32,000 nucleotides of DNA from Mycolicibacterium smegmatis (GCF_001457595.1 NZ_LN831039.1:4860001-4892000), one strand, 5' to 3'. Counted from the stretch's first letter, positions 19,093-28,411 are shown. Numbers and translations are program-made. The notes: generated from the sequence alone by a model not told the origin.

Positions 19093-20364
19093 GTGGTGCG
19101 TCCCTGGATCGTGTGGACCACCGGGCTCCTCGCCTACATCATCGCCGTCCTCGACCGCACCACCCTCGGCGTTTCGGGCCTGCAGGCCGCCGACCGGTTC
19201 TCCGCCACTCCCACCGTCCTGTCCACGTTCGTCGTGCTCCAGGTCGTCGTCTACGCCGGCGCGCAGGTCCCCGCCGGTGTGCTGCTGGACCGGTTCGGCT
19301 CCCGTGTGCTCATCGTGTGCGGCGCAGCGCTCATGGCCGGCGGCCAACTGGTGCTGGCGTTCAGCGAGTCGCTACCGGCCGCGATCGGCGCCCGCGCGAT
19401 CGTCGGCCTCGGCGACGCGGTCACCTTCATCTCGGTGTTGCGTCTGGTGCCGCACTGGTTCAAACCCTCGCAGGTTCCGTTGCTGACCCAGCTGACGGGC
19501 ATCTGCGGCCAACTCGGCCAGGTCCTGTCGGCGGTTCCGTTCCTGGCCCTGCTCACCGCGGCCGGCTGGACACCGGCATACCTGTCGGTCGGCGCGTTCG
19601 GGCTGCTCGTGATGGCGCTGGTACTCGCCGTCGTCAAGAACACGCCGCACGGCCGCGTCGTGGCCACCGAGACCACCTCGGTGCGCGACATCCCCGGCAG
19701 CGTCAAGACCGTCTGGCTGCGCCCGGGCAACCGGCTCGGGTTCTTCACCCACATGGGCACGCAGTTCTCCGTCACGGTGTTCGCGCTGATGTGGGGCGTC
19801 CCCTATCTCACGGTGGCGCAGGGTCTCTCGACCGCGGCGGCCGGCGCCCTGCTCACCGTCTCGGTGGTGACGGCGATCTCGGCCGGTGTCGCCATCGGCA
19901 TCTTCACCGGGCGGCACCCGCACCGCCGATCACGTCTGGTGCTCTGGATCATCGCGAGCAACGCGTCGATCTGGACCATCGTGCTGGCGTTGCCCGGTCC
20001 CGCGCCGACGTGGCTGCTGGTGGTCCTCATCGTGATCATCTCGGTGGGTGGTCCGGGGTCGATGGTCGGCTTCGACTTCGCCCGGACGTTCAATCCGAGT
20101 GCGACGCTCGGCACCGCGCAGGGCATGGTCAACATGGGCGGATTCCTGGCGTCCCTGATCGTCATGCAGGCGATGGGCGTCGTGCTGTCACATGCCGGTA
20201 GCTACTCGTTCGAGTCGTTCCGCCTGGCCTGGACGGTGCAGTACGCCATCTGGATCCTGGCGACCATCGGCATCCTGATCACCCGCCACAAGACCCGCCG
20301 GTTGATGGCCGCCGAGCAGGAACGCATGCTGCTCGAAGGGTTCGAGGCTCACCCGCCACGCTGA
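19093..20364 (+). CDS. Major facilitator superfamily transporter
   Basis: VVRPWIVWTTGLLAYIIAVLDRTTLGVSGLQAADRFSATPTVLSTFVVLQVVVYAGAQVPAGVLLDRFGSRVLI; about 12 TM helices. GTG 19093/19096 preferred because of the upstream AAGAAAGG and because the longer ORF (19000) starts inside the palindrome. Confidence 0.9.
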   Translation: MVRPWIVWTTGLLAYIIAVLDRTTLGVSGLQAADRFSATPTVLSTFVVLQVVVYAGAQVPAGVLLDRFGSRVLIVCGAALMAGGQLVLAFSESLPAAIGARAIVGLGDAVTFISVLRLVPHWFKPSQVPLLTQLTGICGQLGQVLSAVPFLALLTAAGWTPAYLSVGAFGLLVMALVLAVVKNTPHGRVVATETTSVRDIPGSVKTVWLRPGNRLGFFTHMGTQFSVTVFALMWGVPYLTVAQGLSTAAAGALLTVSVVTAISAGVAIGIFTGRHPHRRSRLVLWIIASNASIWTIVLALPGPAPTWLLVVLIVIISVGGPGSMVGFDFARTFNPSATLGTAQGMVNMGGFLASLIVMQAMGVVLSHAGSYSFESFRLAWTVQYAIWILATIGILITRHKTRRLMAAEQERMLLEGFEAHPPR

Positions 20365-21680
20365 TCGCCGCCGATCCGTTCGGCGACTTTCGCACCGATG
20401 CGGCGGTGGCCCCCGGCCTCGTGGCCTGCGACGGCGATCATCGGTGCGGCCGTCACGAGCAGCAGGCACAACGCCATGTCGATTCCTGCCGCGGCCAGGC
20501 CGACCGAGGCGACCAGCGGTGCGGCCGCGACCACGAGGAGCACCAGGTAGAAGCGGTCGACGGTGCCGACCAGGGTCGCGTAGATGACGAACATGCCCAC
20601 CAGGAAGACCGCGACCGGAACCGCCACGGCGAGCACCGTGGCGACCGCATCGAGGTGCGAGTGTCCTTCGACGTGGTAGGCGGCCAGGTGCAGCCCGGCC
20701 CCGGTCGCCACGATCGCCCCGAACACGAAGATGTGGAGATAGCCGTACCGGAACGACAGCCTGCGATGCACGTGCAGCAGTTCGGCGGCGGGAACCAGAA
20801 AGTACACCCACCACAAGCCGAAGGTGAGACCCGTGCCCGCCATGGCGAGCAGCACGGCGTCCGTTGACCAGCCCTGCTCGCCGACCGCGGCCGTGAGCGA
20901 TGCCGCGGTGCCCACCACTCCCTCACCGAGCGCGATGATCGCCAGCAGGCCGTACCGCTCGGCGATGTGGTGGGCGTGCCACGGTGTGCCGCCCATGCGG
21001 CGTTCGGCCACCAGCGGACCGCAGATCTCGACTGCGACCAGCACCGCACCCGTCGCGAAGAACTCCATGGGCGTGGTCTGCACGAAGATCTGGGCGATCC
21101 AGCCGAGCTGCGCCAGCACGAGCGCGGCGGCATAGGTGAGGCACGCCGTGCGGTGCTGCCGGTCCTGCGCGGCCGCCCGCAGCCACTGCGCCACCAGCGC
21201 GATGCGCATCACCACGTAGCCGGCCACCATCACGGCGTTGTCGACATGTCCGCCGTGGTCGATCGACGCGAACGTCGCCGGCAGCCCGAGGGCCAGGATG
21301 ATGACGCCGACCATCTGCAACATGGTCATCGCGCGGTACACCCAGTCGTCGGTGTCGTACGCCGAGGCGAACCACGTGAAGTTCATCCACGCCCACCAGA
21401 TCGCGAACGTCGCGAAGCCGAACGCCGTCAGCCCGTGCGCGACGTGCCCTTCGGCTATCAGGTGCGCCAGCTGCGAGGCCGCGACGCCGAAGGCGATCAC
21501 GAACGTGAGGTCGAACAACAGCTCAAGTGGTGATGCCACCCGGTGCTGCTCATGCGGATCACGTCCGCTCATCCGGAAAAGCCGGTGCGCCTGCACAGGT
21601 AGCTCGCGTGCCCCCTCGTCCACGTCCTGGATCCTTCCCCCCTCGGCGTCGGCGCGCATCGCGCGGGTGCCGGCAAACAT
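20349..21680 (-). CDS. Low temperature requirement protein A (LtrA)-like multi-pass membrane protein
   Basis: VASPLELLFDLTFVIAFGVAASQLAHLI, IWWAWMNFTWFASAYDTDDWVYRAMTMLQMVGVIILA. True start may be the internal Met near 21572. 3' end overlaps the convergent MFS gene. Confidence 0.85.
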   Translation of the reverse strand: MFAGTRAMRADAEGGRIQDVDEGARELPVQAHRLFRMSGRDPHEQHRVASPLELLFDLTFVIAFGVAASQLAHLIAEGHVAHGLTAFGFATFAIWWAWMNFTWFASAYDTDDWVYRAMTMLQMVGVIILALGLPATFASIDHGGHVDNAVMVAGYVVMRIALVAQWLRAAAQDRQHRTACLTYAAALVLAQLGWIAQIFVQTTPMEFFATGAVLVAVEICGPLVAERRMGGTPWHAHHIAERYGLLAIIALGEGVVGTAASLTAAVGEQGWSTDAVLLAMAGTGLTFGLWWVYFLVPAAELLHVHRRLSFRYGYLHIFVFGAIVATGAGLHLAAYHVEGHSHLDAVATVLAVAVPVAVFLVGMFVIYATLVGTVDRFYLVLLVVAAAPLVASVGLAAAGIDMALCLLLVTAAPMIAVAGHEAGGHRRIGAKVAERIGGDQRGG

Positions 21681-21705
21681 GTTCGCCCGAAATCACAGCA
21701 AATGC

Positions 21706-21719
21706 AGTAGTGCACTACT
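21706..21719. promoter_or_regulatory. Perfect 14-bp palindrome, putative operator
   Basis: AGTAGTGCACTACT in the 75-bp divergent intergenic region between the LtrA-like gene and the BTAD-like gene. Confidence 0.6.
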
Positions 21720-21755
21720 CGTGTCATACGTGCGTCGCGGCGTCACGATGAGTAC

Positions 21756-22301
21756 GTGCATCGACAGTTTTCGCTGAACCTTCTGGGTGAGTTCGTCGTT
21801 TACCGGGATATGAAGCAGCTCGCGCTACCGCCGTCGTGCCGGCGGCTGGTCGCGCTGGCCGCGCTGAAGCAGCGGCCGCTGCACCGTAACTGGGTGTGCG
21901 AGACACTGTGGCCCGGAAGCCCGCCGAACAGGGCTGTCGCGTCGTTACGCTCGGCACTGTGGCGGTTGCGGCCGATGGGGGCGGATGCGCTGCTCGAGGT
22001 GGCGCCCCAGGAGATCGCGCTCGCTGCGAACGTATGGGTCGACTGGCACGAGATCATCCGGCTCACCGGCGTGCGCGCAGCCCGCGGAGGCGTTGCCGAT
22101 CCTGCACTCAAGGCCCTGCTCCACAACGGCGACCTGCTCGAGGGCTGGCCCGACACGTGGTGCGCCAGCGAACGTGAGCAGCTCCGCAACCTGCGACGGG
22201 ACGTGCTCGCCGGCGCGACCGACCAGGACCGCAGGCAGCTTCCGCAGCACGGCTTCAGGAGCCATCTGCTGCACCGGGTGACCGATCCGAGTTGGCCGTG
22301 A
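21756..22301 (+). CDS. Short SARP/BTAD-like DNA-binding protein (winged-helix domain with truncated BTAD)
   Basis: FSLNLLGEFVVYRDMKQLALPPSCRRLVALAALKQRPLHRNWVCETLWPGSPPNRAVASLRSALWRLR..., then GDLLEGWPDTWCASEREQLRNLRRDVL; same layout as the N-terminal part of SARP regulators. Confidence 0.72.
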   Translation: MHRQFSLNLLGEFVVYRDMKQLALPPSCRRLVALAALKQRPLHRNWVCETLWPGSPPNRAVASLRSALWRLRPMGADALLEVAPQEIALAANVWVDWHEIIRLTGVRAARGGVADPALKALLHNGDLLEGWPDTWCASEREQLRNLRRDVLAGATDQDRRQLPQHGFRSHLLHRVTDPSWP

Positions 22302-22423
22302 CCGCGCCCGTCGTAGGACTGATCGTGCTGATGTCGGTCGGCCTGCCGCTCGGCGCGTGGGGGTTGCACGACCTGCAGGTGCGTCTGGAGCGCTGGGCCT
22401 ACGATCGCCACGCCCAGGATTGA
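22298..22423 (+). CDS. 41-aa putative single-pass membrane microprotein
   Basis: GTG 22298 overlaps the preceding stop (GTGA). Translation MTAPVVGLIVLMSVGLPLGAWGLHDLQVRLERWAYDRHAQD*: hydrophobic N-terminal helix and charged tail. Too short for the supplied ORF track. Confidence 0.6.
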   Translation: MTAPVVGLIVLMSVGLPLGAWGLHDLQVRLERWAYDRHAQD

Positions 22424-22435
22424 GACGGGCTGGCT

Positions 22436-23038
22436 CTACACCGGGTCGAAGGTGGAGATCAGCCAGTTGCCGTCGATCTTGGTGAGGCCGACCTTGACGC
22501 TGCTGGTCGCGAACGACCCGTCGGGGATCTCCTGACTGGTGGTGGTCTGGTTGATGAACAGCAGCACCACCGCGGACTCGGGCTTGATCTCCGACACCGC
22601 ACCGTTGACGACGGTCGCCTTGGTCTTCACCTTCTTCTGCTGCGCAGCGGGCGCGACGACCTTGGTGGTGAAGTCGGTGTAGTACGAGAGGAAATCACCC
22701 GTCAGATGCGTCTTGGCGGTCGCGAAATCCTGGTCGAGGCTTTCCGGTGCGTAGGACAGCAGCGCGACCGTGCCGTCGGTGGCCGCCTTGAGCGCGACCT
22801 CGGCCGCGGCCGGATCGGTCTCCTTGTCCACCCGGTATTGCGTCAGGTACACGAACGTCGCCAGTGCGGCCGACGCGACCAGAGCGATTCCGAGCATGAT
22901 CGGCACGGTCTTGGCCCTGATCGCCTTGAGCACCCCTCGGCTTGGTGCGTGTGCGGGCGCGGGTTCGGTGGCGGTCACGGCCTGGTCGACGGTCTCGGGT
23001 GCCTCGACGGCGTCGGAGGTCTGGTCTTGCGCGCTCAC
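22436..23038 (-). CDS. Mce-associated-like membrane protein (second of pair)
   Basis: Single N-terminal TM (TVPIMLGIALVASAALATFVYLTQY) followed by an extracytoplasmic NTF2-like domain (LKAATDGTVALLSYAPESLDQDFATAKTHLTGDFLSYYTDF...). Confidence 0.75.
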   Translation of the reverse strand: MSAQDQTSDAVEAPETVDQAVTATEPAPAHAPSRGVLKAIRAKTVPIMLGIALVASAALATFVYLTQYRVDKETDPAAAEVALKAATDGTVALLSYAPESLDQDFATAKTHLTGDFLSYYTDFTTKVVAPAAQQKKVKTKATVVNGAVSEIKPESAVVLLFINQTTTSQEIPDGSFATSSVKVGLTKIDGNWLISTFDPV

Positions 23039-23946
23039 GGTACGAACTCGACTTTCGCCAACTTGATCTGGTCGCCGTCCTGCTTGACGGTCACGCTCAG
23101 CCGCCAGTTGCGTGGATCTTGATCGGCCCCGGCGGAATTCGAGATCCGCGAGGTAGCCGCGACCAGCACGACCGCGGAGTCATCGGTCATGGAGTCCACC
23201 GCGGTGGCGTTCACCTGGGCCTCGGTGGTGACCTTGGCCTGCTCGGCCACCTTGGCGAAGTCCTCGGCGGTCGCCTCGAAGTCGGCGCGGAAGTCGCCGG
23301 TCGACATGTCGATGATCCGCTGCACGTCCTCCTTGGCGTGGGTGTGATCGAGCGACATCAACGTGACGACGCCTTGGCGGGCCGCCGCGGCGAACTCGGC
23401 GGCACGGCGCTGATCGTCCTGCATCTGCTTGTGGTGGTACATCATGAGGCCGCTCACGGTCAGCAGACCGAGGATGATCACCACCGTCACTCCCGCGGCG
23501 ATCCACTTCCACACCGGCGCGTTGGTGCGGGTCGTCAGCTTGGCCTCGGGCAACTCTTGCGCCTCTTGCGCCTCCGGCTTTCCGGCGCTGTCCTTCTCGG
23601 CTGCTTCGGTGTCCTCGGCGGCTTCGGTGTCTTCGGTGTCTTCGGCGTTCTCGGCGTCTTCCGGCTCGCCGGTTTCGGACTCGTCCACGGACTCGTTCTC
23701 GGCGTCGGCTTCGGAGCTGCGCTTGGCGGCCTCCTCGGCCTGCCGCCGCAACCGCAGGGCCTCCGCACGTGCACGCGCGGCCGCGGCGATCGCCTCGGCT
23801 TCCGCGGCTTCGGCCTCGGCCTGCTCGGCGAGCAGAAGCGCGTCGTCGGCCGAGAGTTCCCCGGCCGGGGAATCGCTGCGGTCGGCGTCCTGATCGTCAC
23901 CATGGGATCCGTTGATCACGGGCAACGTAGGCTTGCGGGACGGCAT
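23035..23946 (-). CDS. Mce-associated-like membrane protein with long acidic N-terminal region (first of pair)
   Basis: MPSRKPTLPVINGSHG...; Glu/Ala-rich N-terminus, one TM (VWKWIAAGVTVVIILGLLTVSGLMMY), then ARQGVVTLMSLDHTHAKEDVQRIIDMSTGDFRADFEA. AGGAGG 7 nt upstream supports ATG 23946 rather than ORF start 23979. Overlaps the next gene by 4 bp. Confidence 0.78.
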   Translation of the reverse strand: MPSRKPTLPVINGSHGDDQDADRSDSPAGELSADDALLLAEQAEAEAAEAEAIAAAARARAEALRLRRQAEEAAKRSSEADAENESVDESETGEPEDAENAEDTEDTEAAEDTEAAEKDSAGKPEAQEAQELPEAKLTTRTNAPVWKWIAAGVTVVIILGLLTVSGLMMYHHKQMQDDQRRAAEFAAAARQGVVTLMSLDHTHAKEDVQRIIDMSTGDFRADFEATAEDFAKVAEQAKVTTEAQVNATAVDSMTDDSAVVLVAATSRISNSAGADQDPRNWRLSVTVKQDGDQIKLAKVEFVP

Positions 23947-24088
23947 GTGGACCTCCTGTCCGTTCAGCAGCCTGCTCAATGAGAATCACGTTATCAGTTT
24001 TTGATAGCGACCCGACCCTGCATCGGCAGCGGGGGCTGGAAAATACCGCTTTTGCTGCGGAAACGTTATTTACGTGCTGTGCGTGGGC

Positions 24089-25600
24089 TCAGCGTTTGCT
24101 GAGTGCTTCACGCGCTTTCAGGTGGTCCTTCATCACCTTGCCCGTGGCATTGAGGGGTAGCTCTTCGAGAAACTCCACATACCGGGGCACCTTATATCCC
24201 GCCATGCGCTCACGGCTCCAGGCAATCAGATCCTCGGCCGTGACGCACTGCCGGGTCCCATCCAGTGGCTCCCTGAGCACCACGAACGCCTTGCCCACCT
24301 GGCCCATGCGGTCGTCGTCGACGCCGATCACCGCAACCTGTGCGACGTCGGGGTGTTCCAGCAGGAATCCCTCGATCTCGGCCGGGTAGGCGTTGAAGCC
24401 GCCCACGATGAACATGTCCTTCTTGCGCCCGATGATGCGCAGACGGCCGGATTCGGTGAACTCGCCGAGGTCACCGGTGTGCAGCCAGCCGTCGGCGTCG
24501 ATGGCCTCCGCGGTGGCCGCCGGGTCGTCGAGGTAACCCTGCATGACGCTGTAGCCGCGGACCAGCACCTCGCCGTCGTCGGCGAGGTTCACCTCGACCC
24601 CGTCGCACGCCGTGCCCACGGTGGTCGCGATGTCGGTGAAGGAGTCGCCCGGGCGCGAGAGCGTCGCGGTGCCCGCCTCGGTCAGACCGTAGCCGGTGGC
24701 CACGGTCTCGAACGGCAGCTCCTCGTGGATGCGCCGGATGAGTTCGACGGGAATGTCGGCCGCACCGGTCACCCCCGCGCGCAGCGTCGCCAGCTTGGCC
24801 TTGTCCGGCACCCCGAGCAGCGAGTGGTACAGCGTCGGCGGCCCCGGCAACATCGTGACGCGTTCCGTCGCAATGAGTTCCACGATGGCGTCGACGTCGA
24901 ACACTGCCACGGGCAGCACGGTGGCGCCCCGGATGAGGCTCGCGATACAGCCGGCCTTGTAACCGAACGTGTGGAAGAAGGGGTTCACTATCAGGTAGCG
25001 GTCGCCCTCGCGCAGATCGGCCAGGTCGCACCATTCCGCATACAACCGCAGGGTTTGGAGGTGATTCATCATGACGCCCTTGGGACGCCCGGTGGTGCCC
25101 GAGGTGTAGACGATGTCGGCGATGTCGGTGCCGCGCAGCCCGCCCACCACGGCCGGCTCGCCAGAGGCCAGGAAGTCGGATTTGATCTCGATCGCGGGCA
25201 CCCCGGCAGGCACCTCGAAATCCTGCCCCAGGAAACCCTGCTGGCGCAGAACGACTTTCGCGCCGCTGCGGCGGATGACGTCGGCGGCCTCCTCGGCCTT
25301 GAAGCGCGTGTTGACCGGGACCACCACGCCGCCCGCGGTGAGCGCGCCGAATGCCGCGATCATCCATTCGGCGGAATTGGGTGCCCAGATGGCCACCCGG
25401 TCACCTCGCCCGATCCCGTGTGCGAGAAAGGCGCCCGCGGCGCGGCGCACCCGGTCGGCGAGTTCGACGAACGTGAGGCGCAGCGGACCGGCGGCCCCAG
25501 CTGGATTGTCGCCATGGTCGACGACAGCCTCGGCGTCGCCGAACCGGTCCGCTGCGCTCAGGACCATCTCGGGGATGGTCTGCCACGATGGGTGGGTCAC
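24089..25600 (-). CDS. Acyl-CoA synthetase / AMP-forming ligase (FadD-like)
   Basis: ANL motifs: DIVYTSGTTGRPKGVMM, GYGLTEAG, DGWLHTGDLGEF, and Lys near C-terminus in NATGKVMK. Confidence 0.92.
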   Translation of the reverse strand: MTHPSWQTIPEMVLSAADRFGDAEAVVDHGDNPAGAAGPLRLTFVELADRVRRAAGAFLAHGIGRGDRVAIWAPNSAEWMIAAFGALTAGGVVVPVNTRFKAEEAADVIRRSGAKVVLRQQGFLGQDFEVPAGVPAIEIKSDFLASGEPAVVGGLRGTDIADIVYTSGTTGRPKGVMMNHLQTLRLYAEWCDLADLREGDRYLIVNPFFHTFGYKAGCIASLIRGATVLPVAVFDVDAIVELIATERVTMLPGPPTLYHSLLGVPDKAKLATLRAGVTGAADIPVELIRRIHEELPFETVATGYGLTEAGTATLSRPGDSFTDIATTVGTACDGVEVNLADDGEVLVRGYSVMQGYLDDPAATAEAIDADGWLHTGDLGEFTESGRLRIIGRKKDMFIVGGFNAYPAEIEGFLLEHPDVAQVAVIGVDDDRMGQVGKAFVVLREPLDGTRQCVTAEDLIAWSRERMAGYKVPRYVEFLEELPLNATGKVMKDHLKAREALSKR

Positions 25601-26787
25601 GTGGTGACGAGACGTCCCAGGTTGCCGCCCATGATCTTTGCCTGGTCCTCGACCGACAGGTGCTCGAGTGCGGTCACGTAGTGCGTCGGCTCGGCCAGGC
25701 CCTCGGGGTGCGGCCAGTCGGAACCGTAGAGCACCTGATCCACACCGATGAGGTTGATCAGGTCGTCGATGCCCTCCTCGTAGAACGGGCTGACATAGAT
25801 GCGGTTCTTGATCTCCTCGATCGGGTTACCCAGGAACGCCTCCGGAGCCTTCTTGTACACCTCGGCCATGGAGTCCAGAAGCGGGAACATCCATTTCGAG
25901 CCGGCCTCGACGATGCCGACCTTGAGCTTGGGATGCCGGAACAGCGCACCGTGGATCACCCACGAGGCCACGGCATCCTGGATCGGGCGCCACTCGTTGA
26001 GGATCGACATCGCGTTGGTCTGGAACGGCAGCATCTCCTGCGCGGCACCGTCCCACTCGGAGGTGTAGCGCGAGTAGCCGCTGTCCGACGAGTGCATGCC
26101 GACGAACACGTCGTGGTGCACGACCCGCTCCCAGAAGGGATCGAACTCGGGAAGCGCGAACGAGCGCGGACCGCGGAAACCGGGCACCGGCGCGGGCCGG
26201 ATGAGGATGGCGCGCGCGCCGCGGCTGACGGCCCACTCGAGTTCCTCGATGGCCTTCTCGACGATGGGCAGCGTGATGACGGGCGTGGTGAAGATCCGGT
26301 TCTTGTAGTTGAAGCCCCACACCTCGTCGAGCCACAGGTTCAGCGAGTGGATGATGACGTGGATGGCGACCGGATCGTCGCGCAGCCGCTCCTCGATGAG
26401 GCTCGCCAGCGTCGGGAACATCAGCGAGCGGTCGACGCCCAGCTGGTCCATGAGCTCAAGACGCGGTTCCGGCTCGAAGAAGGCCGGGATCGAACGCATC
26501 GGCTCGCCGAACAGCTCACGCTTGCTCTTGCCGTCGGGGTTGCCGAACTTGAAGTACTCCTCCCATGCGCCCGGCTTGGCGACCACCGAGAACGTCGGGT
26601 TCGGGATGTAGTTGCTGATCTGGCCCTTGATGGCGATCTTCGTGCGGCCGTTGACCTCGACGTACTGGACGATGTCCTTGTAGTCCTTCGGGAGGTACTT
26701 GGTCATCGCCTCCGGCGGCTCATACAGGTGGTTGTCCGCGTCGAACAGCGGAAACGGTATGTCGACTCGATGCGACAGTTGCCCCAT
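25597..26787 (-). CDS. Amidohydrolase-2 family metal-dependent hydrolase
   Basis: FDADNHLYEPPEAM N-terminus, FVGMHSSDSG, VLYGSDWPHPEG C-terminal metal/catalytic Asp motif; strong RBS AAAAGGAG upstream; 4-bp overlap with downstream fadD-like gene. Confidence 0.9.
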   Translation of the reverse strand: MGQLSHRVDIPFPLFDADNHLYEPPEAMTKYLPKDYKDIVQYVEVNGRTKIAIKGQISNYIPNPTFSVVAKPGAWEEYFKFGNPDGKSKRELFGEPMRSIPAFFEPEPRLELMDQLGVDRSLMFPTLASLIEERLRDDPVAIHVIIHSLNLWLDEVWGFNYKNRIFTTPVITLPIVEKAIEELEWAVSRGARAILIRPAPVPGFRGPRSFALPEFDPFWERVVHHDVFVGMHSSDSGYSRYTSEWDGAAQEMLPFQTNAMSILNEWRPIQDAVASWVIHGALFRHPKLKVGIVEAGSKWMFPLLDSMAEVYKKAPEAFLGNPIEEIKNRIYVSPFYEEGIDDLINLIGVDQVLYGSDWPHPEGLAEPTHYVTALEHLSVEDQAKIMGGNLGRLVTT

Positions 26788-26809
26788 GGAACACTCCTTT
26801 TCCTATCGC

Positions 26810-26824
26810 GAGAATCATATTCTC
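26810..26824. promoter_or_regulatory. Putative operator GAGAATCATATTCTC upstream of the amidohydrolase gene
   Basis: GAGAAT-CAT-ATTCTC inverted repeat located between the two minus-strand genes. Confidence 0.5.
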
Positions 26825-28400
26825 AGTTTGCGGATGTCGCAATGTCCATCACTGCCGCCGGGTTCCGAACAGCCTGGCGAACGCGGTATTTCTGCACCTT
26901 GCCGCTCGCGGTGCGCGGGAAGTCCTGACCGTCCGGCACGTGGTGCAGTTCCTCGGGCCACTTCTGGCGCGCGACGCCGACGCGTTCGAAGTGCGCCCGC
27001 ACGTCGTCGAGCGTGGGCAGCGGTGCCCCGGAGCGCGTGCGCAGCACCGCGGCGACACGCTCGCCCAGCCGCGCGTCGGGGGCGGCCACCACGATGGCCT
27101 CGATCACCTCGGGGATGCCGAGCAGCACCTCCTCGACCTCGAGCGCGCTGATGTTCTCGCCGCCACGGATGATGAGGTCGGCCGTGCGGTCGGTGATGGT
27201 GAGGTATCCGTCATCGTCGAGATAGCCGATGTCGCCCGTGCGGTACCAGCCGTCGTCGTCGAATGCCTTGGCGGTCAACGCATCGTCGGTGTACCCCAGG
27301 CACAGGTCCGGACCGCGGCTGAAGATCTCGCCGTCGGGGCCGAGCCGGATCTCCACCCCGGGGCGAGGATTGCCGTCGGTGTAGAGCCGCTTGCCCTCCG
27401 GCGCCGACGGCGATGATCCCGTGATCGACGGGTGCTCGGTGCTGCCGTAGGACCGGAACACGAAGATGCCGAGGTCCGCCAGACGGCGGGTGACCGCCGC
27501 GGGCACCGTGGACCCGCCGAGTCCGACGGTCCTGATGCGGGCCAGATGCCTGTCGGCGAAGTCGGGGTGATCCAGCAGGCTCGTGACGAAATACGGTGGG
27601 CCACCGCCGATCGACAGACCGTCACTCTCCATGAGCCGCAAAACTTTCGCGGGGTCCCAGACGTCGCACAGGTCGACGGGCGCCCCTTCGAGCACCGGGA
27701 TCAGAAACGCCCCCACCATGCCGATGAAGTGCCCGACCGGGGTCGCGGTGAGCTGACGGCCACGGTTGGGCGGGTAGTTCGCCAGCAGCTGACGGGTCTC
27801 GCAGCTCAGCGTCTGATGACTGTGGATGACGCCCTTGGGATCTCGTGTGGTACCCGAGGTGAACGCGATCAGCGCGGGCGCGGCCGGATCGGTGTCGAGC
27901 GTCCCCGACATCGGCCGCTCGGCGAGCAGATCGGTGAACGACGACTCGCCGACCAGGCCCACGATGGGGACCTGGGCGCACAGGTCGGGCTGAAAGCTCA
28001 TGCGCCCGAAGCGCTCTGTCGTGAGGAACACCTTGGGCTTGGCGGTGGACAGGATGTGCGCGAGTTCCTTGCGCCCGTAGAAGTGCACGATCGGGACGGT
28101 CACCGCACCGAGGAAGGACGTGGCCCAGAACGCCGCGGCGGCCTCCATCCAGTTCGGCAGCTGGAACGCGATCACGTCACCGGGCCCCACCCCACGCGCA
28201 CGCAGACCCGCGGCAAGCCGGCGCGCGAGCGTCTCGACCTCGCCGAAGGTGCCCGTGTAGGGCCGCACCTCCGAGTGGACGCAGAACACGACGTCCGGGC
28301 CGGCCGCGAGGCCTTCGGCCAGCATCTGACCCAGCGTCTCGGGCGTCCACCACCCTTCCTCGACGTACCGTTTGGTCAGCTCAGCGGGGATGTCGCGCAC
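26823..28400 (-). CDS. Acyl-CoA synthetase / AMP-forming ligase
   Basis: ALIAFTSGTTRDPKGVIHSHQ, FRSYGSTEHP, DGWYRTGDIG, FPRTASGKVQKYR. GTG 28400 (VRDIPAEL...) preferred over TTG 28436, which would place the inverted repeat inside the CDS. Confidence 0.9.
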   Translation of the reverse strand: MRDIPAELTKRYVEEGWWTPETLGQMLAEGLAAGPDVVFCVHSEVRPYTGTFGEVETLARRLAAGLRARGVGPGDVIAFQLPNWMEAAAAFWATSFLGAVTVPIVHFYGRKELAHILSTAKPKVFLTTERFGRMSFQPDLCAQVPIVGLVGESSFTDLLAERPMSGTLDTDPAAPALIAFTSGTTRDPKGVIHSHQTLSCETRQLLANYPPNRGRQLTATPVGHFIGMVGAFLIPVLEGAPVDLCDVWDPAKVLRLMESDGLSIGGGPPYFVTSLLDHPDFADRHLARIRTVGLGGSTVPAAVTRRLADLGIFVFRSYGSTEHPSITGSSPSAPEGKRLYTDGNPRPGVEIRLGPDGEIFSRGPDLCLGYTDDALTAKAFDDDGWYRTGDIGYLDDDGYLTITDRTADLIIRGGENISALEVEEVLLGIPEVIEAIVVAAPDARLGERVAAVLRTRSGAPLPTLDDVRAHFERVGVARQKWPEELHHVPDGQDFPRTASGKVQKYRVRQAVRNPAAVMDIATSAN

Positions 28401-28411
28401 ACCGGTGATGC

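Noticed and set aside
24000-24088. Possible terminator near TTATCAGTTTTTTGATA at the upstream side of the Mce-associated pair
   Set aside because: Arms are only 5 bp and AT-rich, and it overlaps the putative promoter motif; insufficient for a terminator call.
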